Shown: positions 13,369 through 64,000 of the stretch, in pieces
Numbering within the stretch: position 1 is the first letter of the stretch
Layout: every line of letters begins with the position of its first letter
NCBI GenBank assembly: GCA_965112735.1
Contig: OZ218952.1
Location: 744,001-808,000 of the forward strand
DNA from: Phaeosaccion multiseriatum
Taxonomy: Eukaryota; Protista; Ochrophyta, other classes
Direction of reading: 5' to 3'
Length of the DNA: 64,000 bases
Program-made: the position numbers and the translations under genes
The notes under the pieces: generated by a model
What the model saw: the letters and a program-made list of their open reading frames with translations, nothing else
Database searches by the model: none
What the model was told of the DNA's origin: nothing

Positions 13369-15949
13369 TGTGCGACCTCATCCCGCGCGTGCATGGGAGC
13401 CTTGGAAGGTGTGGCGAGTGATGTGATCCACTGACGCCTCGTCCGTTGCCGCAAACCCCTGCTGTACACTCTCTGCCCCCCCTCCCGTCCCCACCCTCCC
13501 TCCCTCCCCTCCCTTCCCCCTCCCCCCCCCTCCATCTCGACAATTGGCAATCGAAATTCGATATTCGATACTGGATATCGATGTCATCGATACATAGCTC
13601 ATGAAGCACGACTTCCGTCGCCAGGGGCAGCGGCGGCGGCTGCAGCTGGCCAGAGAGAAGGGGCGGCGGGCGGCCTCCCTGCAGCAGTTCATGGAACAGT
13701 TGGTGATTCAGCAGCAGCAGCCCGGTCTCTACCTCTCTGTGAAGGATACTGCGGCGGCTGTGGCAAAGGTAGGTACACGTTCTGTCCCCTCTGTCTCTCT
13801 CTCTCTCTCTCTGCGTGTGTGTGTGCGTTTTCATGTCTCTTTCTCTCTCTCTCTCCCTCCCCCTCGCTCTTTCTCGCGGCCTCTCTTTCTGTGTGGCTCT
13901 CTGGGTCTCTGTCTCTCTCTCTCTCTTGAAGTACATTGTTTGGGCATACGTGTTGTTTTGTTCTGGAGTGACCCACTCTTTTCCGGAACCCCCAAACCTC
14001 TTCCCGTTGCCATACTTGCGCCAAAAAAAGGCCCAGGAGAAAGCCTCTACCCGTCATCTCGACCAAGAAACCGCGTGGCTAGAGCGAGAGATTCAGCAGG
14101 TAGAGGGAGCGATGTTATCCTCCTCACTTCAAACATCACTCCTCTTCTCCAGTCCTGCGCCAGCGTCAGGCTCTTCTCCTTCGCTGCTGTCCTGCGGTTT
14201 TGGGTCTTCCAACTGGCGGAAAGCGCTGGATGTCCAACGCAGGAGGGAGATTGCGGGCTTACGATATGCTGAGCAGATTTTACAAGAGGCGGCGAAGGAG
14301 TTTGTTGTAGTTGGGTGTGGTGGAGCAAGGGGAGGGAGGAAGACGGGGGGGAGGAAGAGGCGGCGGTCGCAACAGGGAGGGGAACAGCAAAAGGGAGAGG
14401 AGGAGGAGGAGGAGGAGGAGGAGCGGGAGGGAGGAGAGATGGAAGCATCCGTAGCAACAGCGGTGGAGGAAGTAGCAGCAAAGGGGGGACAAGGCAGCGC
14501 GTGTACGAGTACCGTGGCACCCCAGGGGGGCATCGTGGGGCTCTCTTGTGCCAGTAGAGATGAGGGGCAGGCTGAGGAGGAGGAGCCATCATCACAAGGG
14601 GCGACTGTCAAAGTCTTACTGGAGCACCACTCGCAGTCGTTGCAGCAGCCTCATCAATGCGATGGGAGAGGCTCTGCAGGTGGAGCAGCGCCACCAGCGG
14701 GGGCAGCAGCAGAGGCAGCAGCAGCACCACCACCACAAGCAGCAGCAGCAGCAGCAGCAGCTGCAGACGGACGCGAAACAATGGGAGTCGAGATGGACAA
14801 AGAGGAGGAGAAGGAGGAGGGAGAGGAGACGGAGGAGGAAGGAGTCGAGGAGGGGGAGGGGGAGGAGGCATGGAGGCCATTCTTAGCAACGTACATGCGA
14901 AAGGTGGAGCAGCAGTGGGAGCGGCGGGAGAGAGACCTTCGGCGACTGAGACGATACCAGTCACGACAGAAGGAGGAGGAACAAGAGGCCCTGCTCCAAG
15001 CATTGCACTCTTGCATCAGTGCAGCGACACTTGAAGGGGTGAACTCATGCATCGAGGAGGCAGAGAAGGAGGAGATGGAGCGTGTGTTGGCGTTGGTGAG
15101 ACAGGAGGAGGCCGAGAGAGAGGGTATGGCGACCGCGGAGAGTGAGATGCGAAGCTTTATGGCGGAAGAGAAGGAGGAGGTGAGCCTGGCGATTGAGCGT
15201 ATTGTCTTCTCTATCAACTTTGCGTATCAAGCAAAGAAGGACCGAGAGAGAGTGGAAAGGGAGAGGCGGGCAATGGAGGAGGAGAGGAGGAGGAGACTAC
15301 TTGAGGAGGAGGAGAGGAGGAGAATGCTGCTGGAGGAGGAGAGGAGGAGAAGGCTTCTGCAGAAAGAGAAGGAAGAGGAGAGGAAGAGAATGCTGCTGGA
15401 GGAGGAGAGGAGGCGGAGATTGCTTGAGGAAGAGGAAAGGAGGAGAATGCTGCTGGAGGAGGAGAGGAGGCGGAGATTGCTTGAGGAAGAGGAAAGGAGG
15501 AGAATGCTGCTGGAGGAGGAGAGGAGGAGAAGGCTTCTGCAGAAAGAGAAGGAAGAGGAGAGGAAGAGAAAGGCAGCGGAGGAGGAGCATGGGCGCGGAG
15601 TACAGGCAGAGCAGTTGGAGGCAACACGCAAGCGACAGCAAGCAGAGGCGATTGAGCATGCGGAAAGAGTGGCACAGCAGGGCGTAATACTTAGGCAGGA
15701 GGAGGAACAAGAGGAAGAGAAGCGAAAGGCTCAAGAGAGGAAGCAGCAGCAGCAGCAGCAACAACAGCCGCTGCTTCTGCACTACCACCAACAGCGGCAC
15801 CTTGAGCAGCAGCACCACTACCAGCAGCAGAAGTTACACCAGCAGCGGGAGCAGCAGGTGGGGCTGGAGAAGCAGCAACAGGAATTTGTCATAAGGCAAC
15901 AGCAGGAGAAACAGCAGCAGCAGTTGATGATACAGCAGCAGTTGACGAC

Positions 15950-15983
<34 letters not shown>

Positions 15984-17207
15984 CAGCAGGAGAAGCAGGA
16001 GCAGCAGGAGAAGCAGCAGCAGAAGAAGCAGCAGGAACAGCAGCAGAAGCAGCAGGAACAGCAGCAGCAGCAGAAGCAGCAGGAACAGCAGGAGCAGGAG
16101 GAAGAAGAGAGGCAAAAGAAGGCCGAGGGAGAGAAGCTAGTGGTGCAGACGGCGTCTTTTCCGCGCGCACCTCCACCTCCTGCTGCCGCTGGTGGACCTG
16201 CCACTGTATCACCAACTGCTGAACCTATCGCTGCTGATGTAGAGGACGTGCGCACTCCTACGATCCACCCGTCCCTCGTGAAGAAGAGGAAGAGAAGTAA
16301 ACAATGGCAGAGTTGGACTACCAACACCCCCACCACCATCACCACCACTGCCGACGCTCAGAGTACGAAATCGAACGGCCCCTCCCTGGATGCACGCGGT
16401 GTTGCGCTGCCTGCTAAGAAGGCGGCACGGGGGGGCAAGAGGAGCAAGGGCTATGACGAGTCCAAGTCCACTCCCCTGCTTGCGCTGAAGGACGGAGTGA
16501 GCAGAGGGCTGGAGCTGGGGCGGATAGTTTGGGCCGCTCGAGGTGAGCGAAGGAGTGAGTGAGGGGAGGGAGGGAGGGAAGGGAGGGAAGGGAGGGACGA
16601 GAGGGGCGGGGACGGGAGTGAGAGTGAGTGAGTGAGTGAGTGAATGAATGAGTGAGTGAGTAAATGAGTGAGTAAGTAAGTGAGTGAGTGAGTGAGTGAG
16701 TGAGCGAGTGAGTGAGTAAATGAGTGAGTAAGTGAGTGAGTGAGCGAGTGAGTGAGGGTGAGTGTATTATAGGGCAAACTTGCTCGGTAGGTGAGGGAAA
16801 GTGAGGGAGTGGGGAGGGAAGGAGGGAGGGAGAGAGATGGAGGAAAGAGAGAGCGAGGAGGGAGGGAGCAGGGAGGGAGTGACCGACTGAGTGATTGAGT
16901 GCGTGAGTGCGTGAGGAAGTTGAGTGATTAAGTGGGTAAGTGAATGATTGGGTGAGTGAGTGGGTGAGTGGGTAAGTGAGTGATTGGGTGCGTGAGTACC
17001 CGGCTCTCTCTGGCGCGCTTCTCGCACCCCCTCTCCCCCACAAGATGCCCTGCTTGACTCTACTCCTTCCCCTCTTGCCCCTGCAACCCCCACTCCGCTG
17101 TTTTGACTCTCTTCCTGCCCTCCTGCTTTTCCGCACCCCACTCCGCTGCTTGCGCGCGTGTGTGTCCGAACTATATGTATGCATGTGTGTGTGTGTGCAT
17201 GTGTGTG

Positions 17208-17289
<82 letters not shown>

Positions 17290-17467
17290 CGCGTAGACGG
17301 GAGCCACTGCCCCGCCGTCATCGTGGCGGACGGCTTGGAGAAGGTGCAAGTATTCTTCTTCGGCCGAGGCGTGGTCGTCTTCTCCGACAAGGCTGATCAC
17401 GAGCTCCAGGCCTTCCCCGGCCCCACTACTGAGGGAAGTCCTCTGGCGGAGGCACTGGGTGTCGGAG

Positions 17468-17514
<47 letters not shown>

Positions 17515-19097
17515 GTGTGTGTGTGCGTGTGCGTGTGTGTATGTGTGTGTGCGTGTATGTGTTGTGTGTGTGCGTGTGCGTGTGTGTATGTGCGTTTGCC
17601 TTGGCCTTGCGTTGCGGCACATGTATGCTGAGACGAGAGTGCCAACTCCTTCAACTCAACATCGCCCACCTACCCACCCACCCACCCACCCACCCATCCC
17701 ACGCGCTCACGCACAACCCCACCCATCCACCTAACGGGCCAACAACCTCTTCCCCTATTGTACCCTTCCTTCGTTCCTCACAGAAGCAGCAGTATCCTTT
17801 TAAGCACCCGTTCGGTCAAGTGCTGTCTTGGTTGGAAGTGTACGGGTGGGAGGGGGAGGGGGAGGAGGAGGACGACGAGGACGACGACGACGAGGAGGAG
17901 GAGAAGGGGGCCGCACGTGGTGGGGGCGATACATTGGCGGGAGAAACAAGGGAGGGAGGGGCGTCGGCGGCGGCGATCGGTGGGGAGGAGCAGGGGACAG
18001 CCGGGGAAGGGGAGGAGGGGAAGAAGGGGTCGGCTCCTCCTCTCATCAGAACGACGATGAAGGGTGCAGGGTTCTTCTGGGGAAGCTTCACCGAAGACGA
18101 AGAGAGGAAGCGCAAGCGAAGGGCTCGGCTCGAGAGGGTGTTGGGGGGGGGGGTCAAGGCCCATGGCAAGAAGGTACGTGTGTGTGCGTGTGTGCGTGTG
18201 TGTGCGTGTGTGTGCGTGTGTGTGCGTGTGTGCGTGTGGGTGGGTGGGTGGGTGGGTGGATGGGTGGGAGGGTGGGGAGGAGGGTGAGTGGTTGGGTGGT
18301 TGAGTGTTTACGCTTGCGGGTGGGTGGGCCAGGGTTGGGTGGCTAAGGTGCCTCTCTGATGCCTGCCCATATGCCTGCCTTGCCTCCCTCCCTCCCCATG
18401 TGCCTTGCTACAGCTGAGGAGCCAGATGGCCTCCTTTGACAAGTTTATGTCCTTCGCCCGCACGCCGCCATCGGAGTGCAAGGAGCTTACGGACAGCAAG
18501 CAGCGCATCTGCAAGAAGGTAATGGGCCAAGGCCGTGGCCTTTTCTCTGCCTTCCTTCCTTCCTTCCTTCCTTCCTTCCTTCCTTCCTTCCTTCCTTCCT
18601 TCCTTCCTTCCTTCCTTCCTTCCTTCCTTCCTTCCTTCCTTCCCTCCTTTCTTCCTTCCTTGCTTCCTTCCTTCCTTCCTTGCTTCAGCGCTTGCTTGGC
18701 TGCTCTGTCTTTTCGCCCTTGCTTTCAAATCGTACTTCTCTTTTCATCGCTTGCTCTGTTTCCTTCTCTCGTGACTATCCCTTCCTTTCTAACGCCTTTC
18801 TCTCTCTCTCTCTCCCTCTCTTCTCTCTCCCTCTCTCTCTCTCTCTCTCTCCCCCCCTCTCTTTTCTCTCTCTCTCTCTCCCTCTCTTCTCTCTCTCTCT
18901 CTCTCTCTCTTTCTTTCTCTCTCTCTCTCTCTCTTTCTTTCTCTCTCCCCCTCCCTGTCTGGTTCTCTTACCCCCCCCCCCCCCCTCTCTGTCTGATTAC
19001 TATACACCCGTAACAGGCCTTGAGTGCCGAGGAGCGCTGGCAGACGCTGTGCAAGAAGCGGGAGGAGATGCTGGCAAGCCAAGGCGAAAGGAACTAG
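8473..19097 (+). CDS. Large (~2500 aa) mostly disordered/coiled-coil protein with PDZ-like and PWWP/Tudor-like segments; 8 exons: 8473-12159, 12347-12739, 13598-13768, 14031-16542, 17297-17469, 17784-18173, 18414-18518, 19017-19097
   Basis: GT-AG joins keep the frame through to TAG 19095-19097. PDZ-like segment: FVQEGSFLDVLGVRAGDVLLSINGLDM. PWWP-like segment across exons 4/5: GRIVWAARDGSHCPAVIV...VQVFFFG. Also LLEEERRRR charged-helix repeats and polyQ, polyE and polyT tracts. Confidence 0.75.
12740..13360. repeat. GT/GAGT-rich compound repeat starting at the splice donor, with higher-order units
   Basis: TGTGCATGTGTGAGTGAGTATGTGAGTG recurs within (GT)n. Confidence 0.9.
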
Positions 19098-19776
19098 GGC
19101 CGGCCAGACTAATACCATCCACTGCCACATAGACAAACAATACTTGCTTTACCTACCCGTAATAAAGGTTTAGAAGAAAAGAAATCACAGCATTCCGTGC
19201 TGGTTTCCCCATACGCCACTCTCCGCCGTGGCGCCCACTCTGGCGCCCGTGATCCAGCCTGTGCCCACCCGGCGCATAGGCTCGACCTAACCCTGAGTAA
19301 CAACATCTGCAGGAAGGTTATGCCCCACACGGACACCAGACCGGGAGCGGCAGCAGCCAACAGCGAGACCCGCAAGGAGCGGCACTACGCCAACACTTAC
19401 GACCCGAGAGCGGGCGGGTTCGCCTCACCACCTTCGCCATCGAGACCCACGGACGACTCGGCGCACAGGCGCAAAATCACTCCTGCACGCCCTTGCCGAG
19501 CACCTCGTCTCCCGCACGGGGCGCACTGGCTCCTCCATCACCAAGGGCCACGTCCTGACCAGGCTTCGCCGTCTCTTCAGCTGCAGCTACCAGCCAGATG
19601 TGGCCTGCTCGCTCTCGCTCGGAGTGAGAGCGCGCCTTCCTGGGACGGCTCAACCGCGGCGCCGGACCAGCAGGGCTCCCCCCCCCCCCGGCCAGCCAGG
19701 CGGGGGAATATCAGTAAGTCAGTAACAGGCCCGTAGTGGACCCCAGAGACACACGCACACACTCTCACACACACAC

Positions 19777-19813
19777 TTTCAGTTTCTTAGGTGATTCCTA
19801 TTAAGTCAATAAA
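19777..19813. repeat. Dispersed 37-bp AT-rich element, copy 2 (intergenic)
   Basis: TTTCAGTTTCTTAGGTGATTCCTATTAAGTCAATAAA. Confidence 0.85.
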
Positions 19814-20749
19814 TTTCCTCTCCTCCGGCGGGAGGAGGGAGCTGGGTGCGAGGCGCACTGGGACCCCCACAAACTGTACGTACTGTGACCTCACATCCTC
19901 ATACAGATAAACAGTGCGGCGCCCATCATCCCACACATGAACGGCAACGGCTGGGCAGAGCCACGGCTGATTGAGAATTGAGAGGCTTTTCCGGAGAGGG
20001 AGGCCCCGGCCGGCCATGATGATAAAAGTGCAGCAGCTGGGTGAAGAAGAAAGAGGGAGGGCTGGCGCGAAGGGGGCAGGGGAAAGACACGTGGAGCCAC
20101 GGAGAGGGTGAGAGGTAAAGCAACACAAGGTGTAGATACTTAGCTGCTGGCAGAGTCAGAGCAGAGGAAGCTCTCCATCCGCAGCAGGGGGCAGAGGAGC
20201 AAAGACGGTCGAGGGTAAGGCCCCCGGGGGGGGGGGAAGGCATAGTCCGACGGGGCTGGAGCAAACTAGAGGCATATGGGGGCGGTATATGTATATATGA
20301 TCGATCAGAATCACAGATGGCTTTGAAGGACCAAAACACTATTATATTCGCGGGGGACCTGAGCTGTGGGCCTTGGTGGTGCTTTTGTGATGATGTTTAA
20401 CGCCGGGAAGGGCCACAGAGCGCGCAGATCCCCCGCGAGGGATGGATAAAAAAAATGGCCTTCACAAACCAACTCCCCTTATCCCCAAACCAAGGTGAGC
20501 CAAGCAGTCTTTGAACTATTGTCCTCTCTGCTTCTTGCCTCCCGCTGGATATCCTTGCTGTGGAGACTACTCTGCTGCTGGGCGATGCAAGCAGACGGCA
20601 GGGGAAGAGACGAGACTGTGAAGAGAGTCGGAAAGCAGAGCGGCTAATTTCCCCCCCCCCTCCTCTCATCTGCTGATGCTCTTCCCCATCAATGCATTGT
20701 CTTTGCCCTCACCACGCCCCATCAGACAACCTTCTCTCGAGAAGTCATC

Positions 20750-22411
20750 ATGCCTTCCATCCAGACCATGATCGCCATCGTAGCGGCATGCGCCACGTTC
20801 AGCGCAGTGGCGGGCCAGAGCGACTTGTGTACGCAGTTCTGTGCCAACGAATTCCCCGCCGCCCCTTCGTGCTACACGGAGCCCGACTGCATTGGCGGTG
20901 TTAGCATTGAGGGCTGCGGCGCCCACTCTACCCAACGCGCGGGCCTCGCAGAATTTGAGAACCTCCCTTGCAAGTTCTGCGGGCCCGGGGTTCCTATCAA
21001 CTTCGACGACTGCCCTACGCCCGCTCCAACGCCCGCCCCTACTACGCCAGCTCCCACGCCCGCTCCCACGCCCGCCCCTACTACGCCGGCTCCCACGCCA
21101 GCTCCCACGCCCGCCCCTACTACGCCAGCTCCCACGCCCGCTCCAACGCCCGCCCCTACTACGCCCGCTCCAACGCCCGCCCCTACTACGCCAGCTCCCA
21201 CGCCCGCTCCAACTCCCGCCCCTACTACGCCAGCTCCCACGCCCGCTCCAACGCCCGCCCCTACTACGCCAGCTCCCACGCCCGTTGGAACGCCCGCCCC
21301 TACTACACCAGCTCCCACGCCCGCTCCAACGCCCGCACCAACGACCGCGGCTCCCACGACAGCGTCTCCAACTTGCGAGCCGCCCATGCCGGACCCTTCC
21401 TGCGCCGAGTGCGAGGCCTTCTGCGCGGAGCAGCCCGGCATCGAGTGCTTCTACGACCCCGTGTGTGTGGCCAACGGAGGAGGCGGGGGCTGCAACTTGG
21501 GCAACATCCTGGGCTGCCGCCAGTGTGAGTCCTTCCCATGGATGGCCACTGAGTGCCTCGCTTGCCCCGTGATGGAGGGCGGAGAGGACTGCGCGCCCAC
21601 ACCCACGCCCGTCACCACAGCGACGACTGCCCCTGTAGCCACCACCGCACCCGTCACGAGTTCCCCAGTGGCCGTGGTGGAGGGGGACGCGTGCACCAAG
21701 TACTGTGCCGACTTCTGGCCCACCCAAGCCGCCTGCTACACGGACCCCCAATGTGCGACCGGCGGACTTGGTTGCGACGCCCACATTGGAGTTCGTGCCA
21801 ATGTGGAGGGGCTTGAGGACGCTCTCTGCCGCTTCTGTGGAGGCGACATGTACCTCGCCTGCCCTGATTCCACGACTGCCCCTGCGGCCACGCCTACCCC
21901 TGCCATTACGACTGCCCCTGTAGCCACCACCGCACCCGTCACGACCCCAGTGGCCGTGGTGGAGGGGGACGCGTGCACTGAATACTGTGCCAACGTGTGG
22001 CCCGACCAAGCCGCCTGCTACACGGAGCCCGAATGCGCAGGTGGAGGACTTGGTTGCGAGGCGCACATTGGAGTTCGAGCGAATGTGGAGGGGCTTGAGG
22101 ACGCTCTCTGCCGCTTCTGCGGGGGCGACTATCCCGCCTGCCCTGGTTCCACGCCTACCCCTGCTGCTGCCACCCCTGCCCCCTCCACCCTCGCTCCCGT
22201 GACACCCGATGCCGTGGACGCGTGCACTGAATACTGTGCCAACGTGTGGCCCGACCAAGACGCCTGCTACACGGAGCCCGAATGCGCAGGTGGCGGACTT
22301 GGTTGCGACGCCCACATTGGAGCTCGTGCTCGTGCTGGCATCGAGGGGCTTGAGGACGCTCTCTGCCGCTTCTGCGGAGGCAACTATTTACCCGCCTGCC
22401 CTACGGTATAA
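20750..22411 (+). CDS. Secreted 553-aa protein: signal peptide, five Cys-rich repeats (C-x3-C...CY...GGLGC...CRFC...C), PAPT(T) mucin-like linkers; intronless
   Basis: Single ORF from ATG 20750 to TAA 22411. Hydrophobic N-terminus [22 protein letters not shown]|Q. Repeats 3-5 are near-identical with 8 Cys each. PAPT array at ~21015-21360. Confidence 0.9.
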   Translation: MPSIQTMIAIVAACATFSAVAGQSDLCTQFCANEFPAAPSCYTEPDCIGGVSIEGCGAHSTQRAGLAEFENLPCKFCGPGVPINFDDCPTPAPTPAPTTPAPTPAPTPAPTTPAPTPAPTPAPTTPAPTPAPTPAPTTPAPTPAPTTPAPTPAPTPAPTTPAPTPAPTPAPTTPAPTPVGTPAPTTPAPTPAPTPAPTTAAPTTASPTCEPPMPDPSCAECEAFCAEQPGIECFYDPVCVANGGGGGCNLGNILGCRQCESFPWMATECLACPVMEGGEDCAPTPTPVTTATTAPVATTAPVTSSPVAVVEGDACTKYCADFWPTQAACYTDPQCATGGLGCDAHIGVRANVEGLEDALCRFCGGDMYLACPDSTTAPAATPTPAITTAPVATTAPVTTPVAVVEGDACTEYCANVWPDQAACYTEPECAGGGLGCEAHIGVRANVEGLEDALCRFCGGDYPACPGSTPTPAAATPAPSTLAPVTPDAVDACTEYCANVWPDQDACYTEPECAGGGLGCDAHIGARARAGIEGLEDALCRFCGGNYLPACPTV

Positions 22412-23091
22412 ACTCTGTCTCTCTCTCTCTCTCTCTTGATGGTAGCTGCAGCCGGTGATACAGGCAGCAGTGCAGTGGGAGAGAGAGAGAGCTCTCACGA
22501 TGTGAGAGAGCTCCTCCTGGTTTGTCATGAAAGATGGCGTTACATGAAGTTGTATAACCCTTAATTAATTTGAACTAAGTGATGTTTTGGTTGCTCACGT
22601 CACTCACGCACACGGTGCGCACGCCATATACCTATGCACAGTTTGAGGTGTCTTCGCTCACACCCCGCTCTCACAGGGGCGTCTCCTGCCCAACCCTCCA
22701 CCCCCCCCACCTCCTTGTAGAAGCCTTGTAGGCTCTTCAGGGACCCTTGTAGACCCATTTAGACCTAGAGCAAGCACAGGGCAACACTGGGGGTACTGCT
22801 GCTGCTGCTGCTGTATCACCAACCGCTTGGCCTGTACCTACAGAGCTATCCTGAAACCGCTTATCTTAAGAGCCTTCCGCAAGGCCTCACATATGCAGGC
22901 AGGCATATCGACGGGCGCGCCGTATGGGTGGGAAGGCAGGCATATATGGGCAGGCAGGCAAACAGATACGAGCGGCTGCCGCTGCCTTAACTTGCACCCC
23001 CTCACGGAGAAAAGAAAAGCAGCCCCTCACCACCACCCCCATCTTCGTCACCACCCCGTCCACAGAGTCCCTCTCCTCCCTACTCCTCCAA

Positions 23092-64000
<40,909 letters not shown>

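Noticed and set aside
19197-20340. ORFs 19197-19736 (+) and 19787-20339 (-) as genes
   Set aside because: There are no recognisable motifs or convincing splice structure; GC-rich intergenic or TE-derived DNA is more likely.
20666-22315. 549-aa antisense ORF over the secreted-protein gene
   Set aside because: It is a shadow of a GC-rich repetitive CDS; the plus strand has the signal peptide and coherent modules.

Overview
Eukaryotic nuclear DNA, very rich in microsatellites and GT-AG spliceosomal introns. It is probably from a flagellated protist or alga, possibly a stramenopile (inference only). Almost all of the six-frame ORFs are artefacts of repeats. Five genes can be reconstructed by hand. 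(1) The 3' part of a low-complexity protein with a UIM-like motif (+, <1-2641). (2) A 7-exon coiled-coil protein (-, 3274-7914) with one homopolymer frameshift. (3) An 8-exon, ~2500-aa, mostly disordered protein with PDZ-like and PWWP-like segments (+, 8473-19097). (4) An intronless secreted protein with Pro/Thr-rich linkers and five Cys-rich repeats (+, 20750-22411). (5) An axonemal outer-arm beta-type dynein heavy chain (-, 23092->64000) with 69 exons and 68 introns in the window, many Gly/Ser/Gln insertions and one homopolymer frameshift. The strongest unexplained signal is a set of short DNA words, led by the 13-mer GTTGGTGATACAG (13 exact copies found by eye plus many variants). It sits at intron position +9 in several dynein introns, appears in coding exons in different frames and strands, and abuts microsatellites. 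Two other words also occur both as dispersed copies and as minisatellite cores. Intron repeats are strand-polarised, and three introns hold decayed copies of the preceding exon end. All counts are manual.
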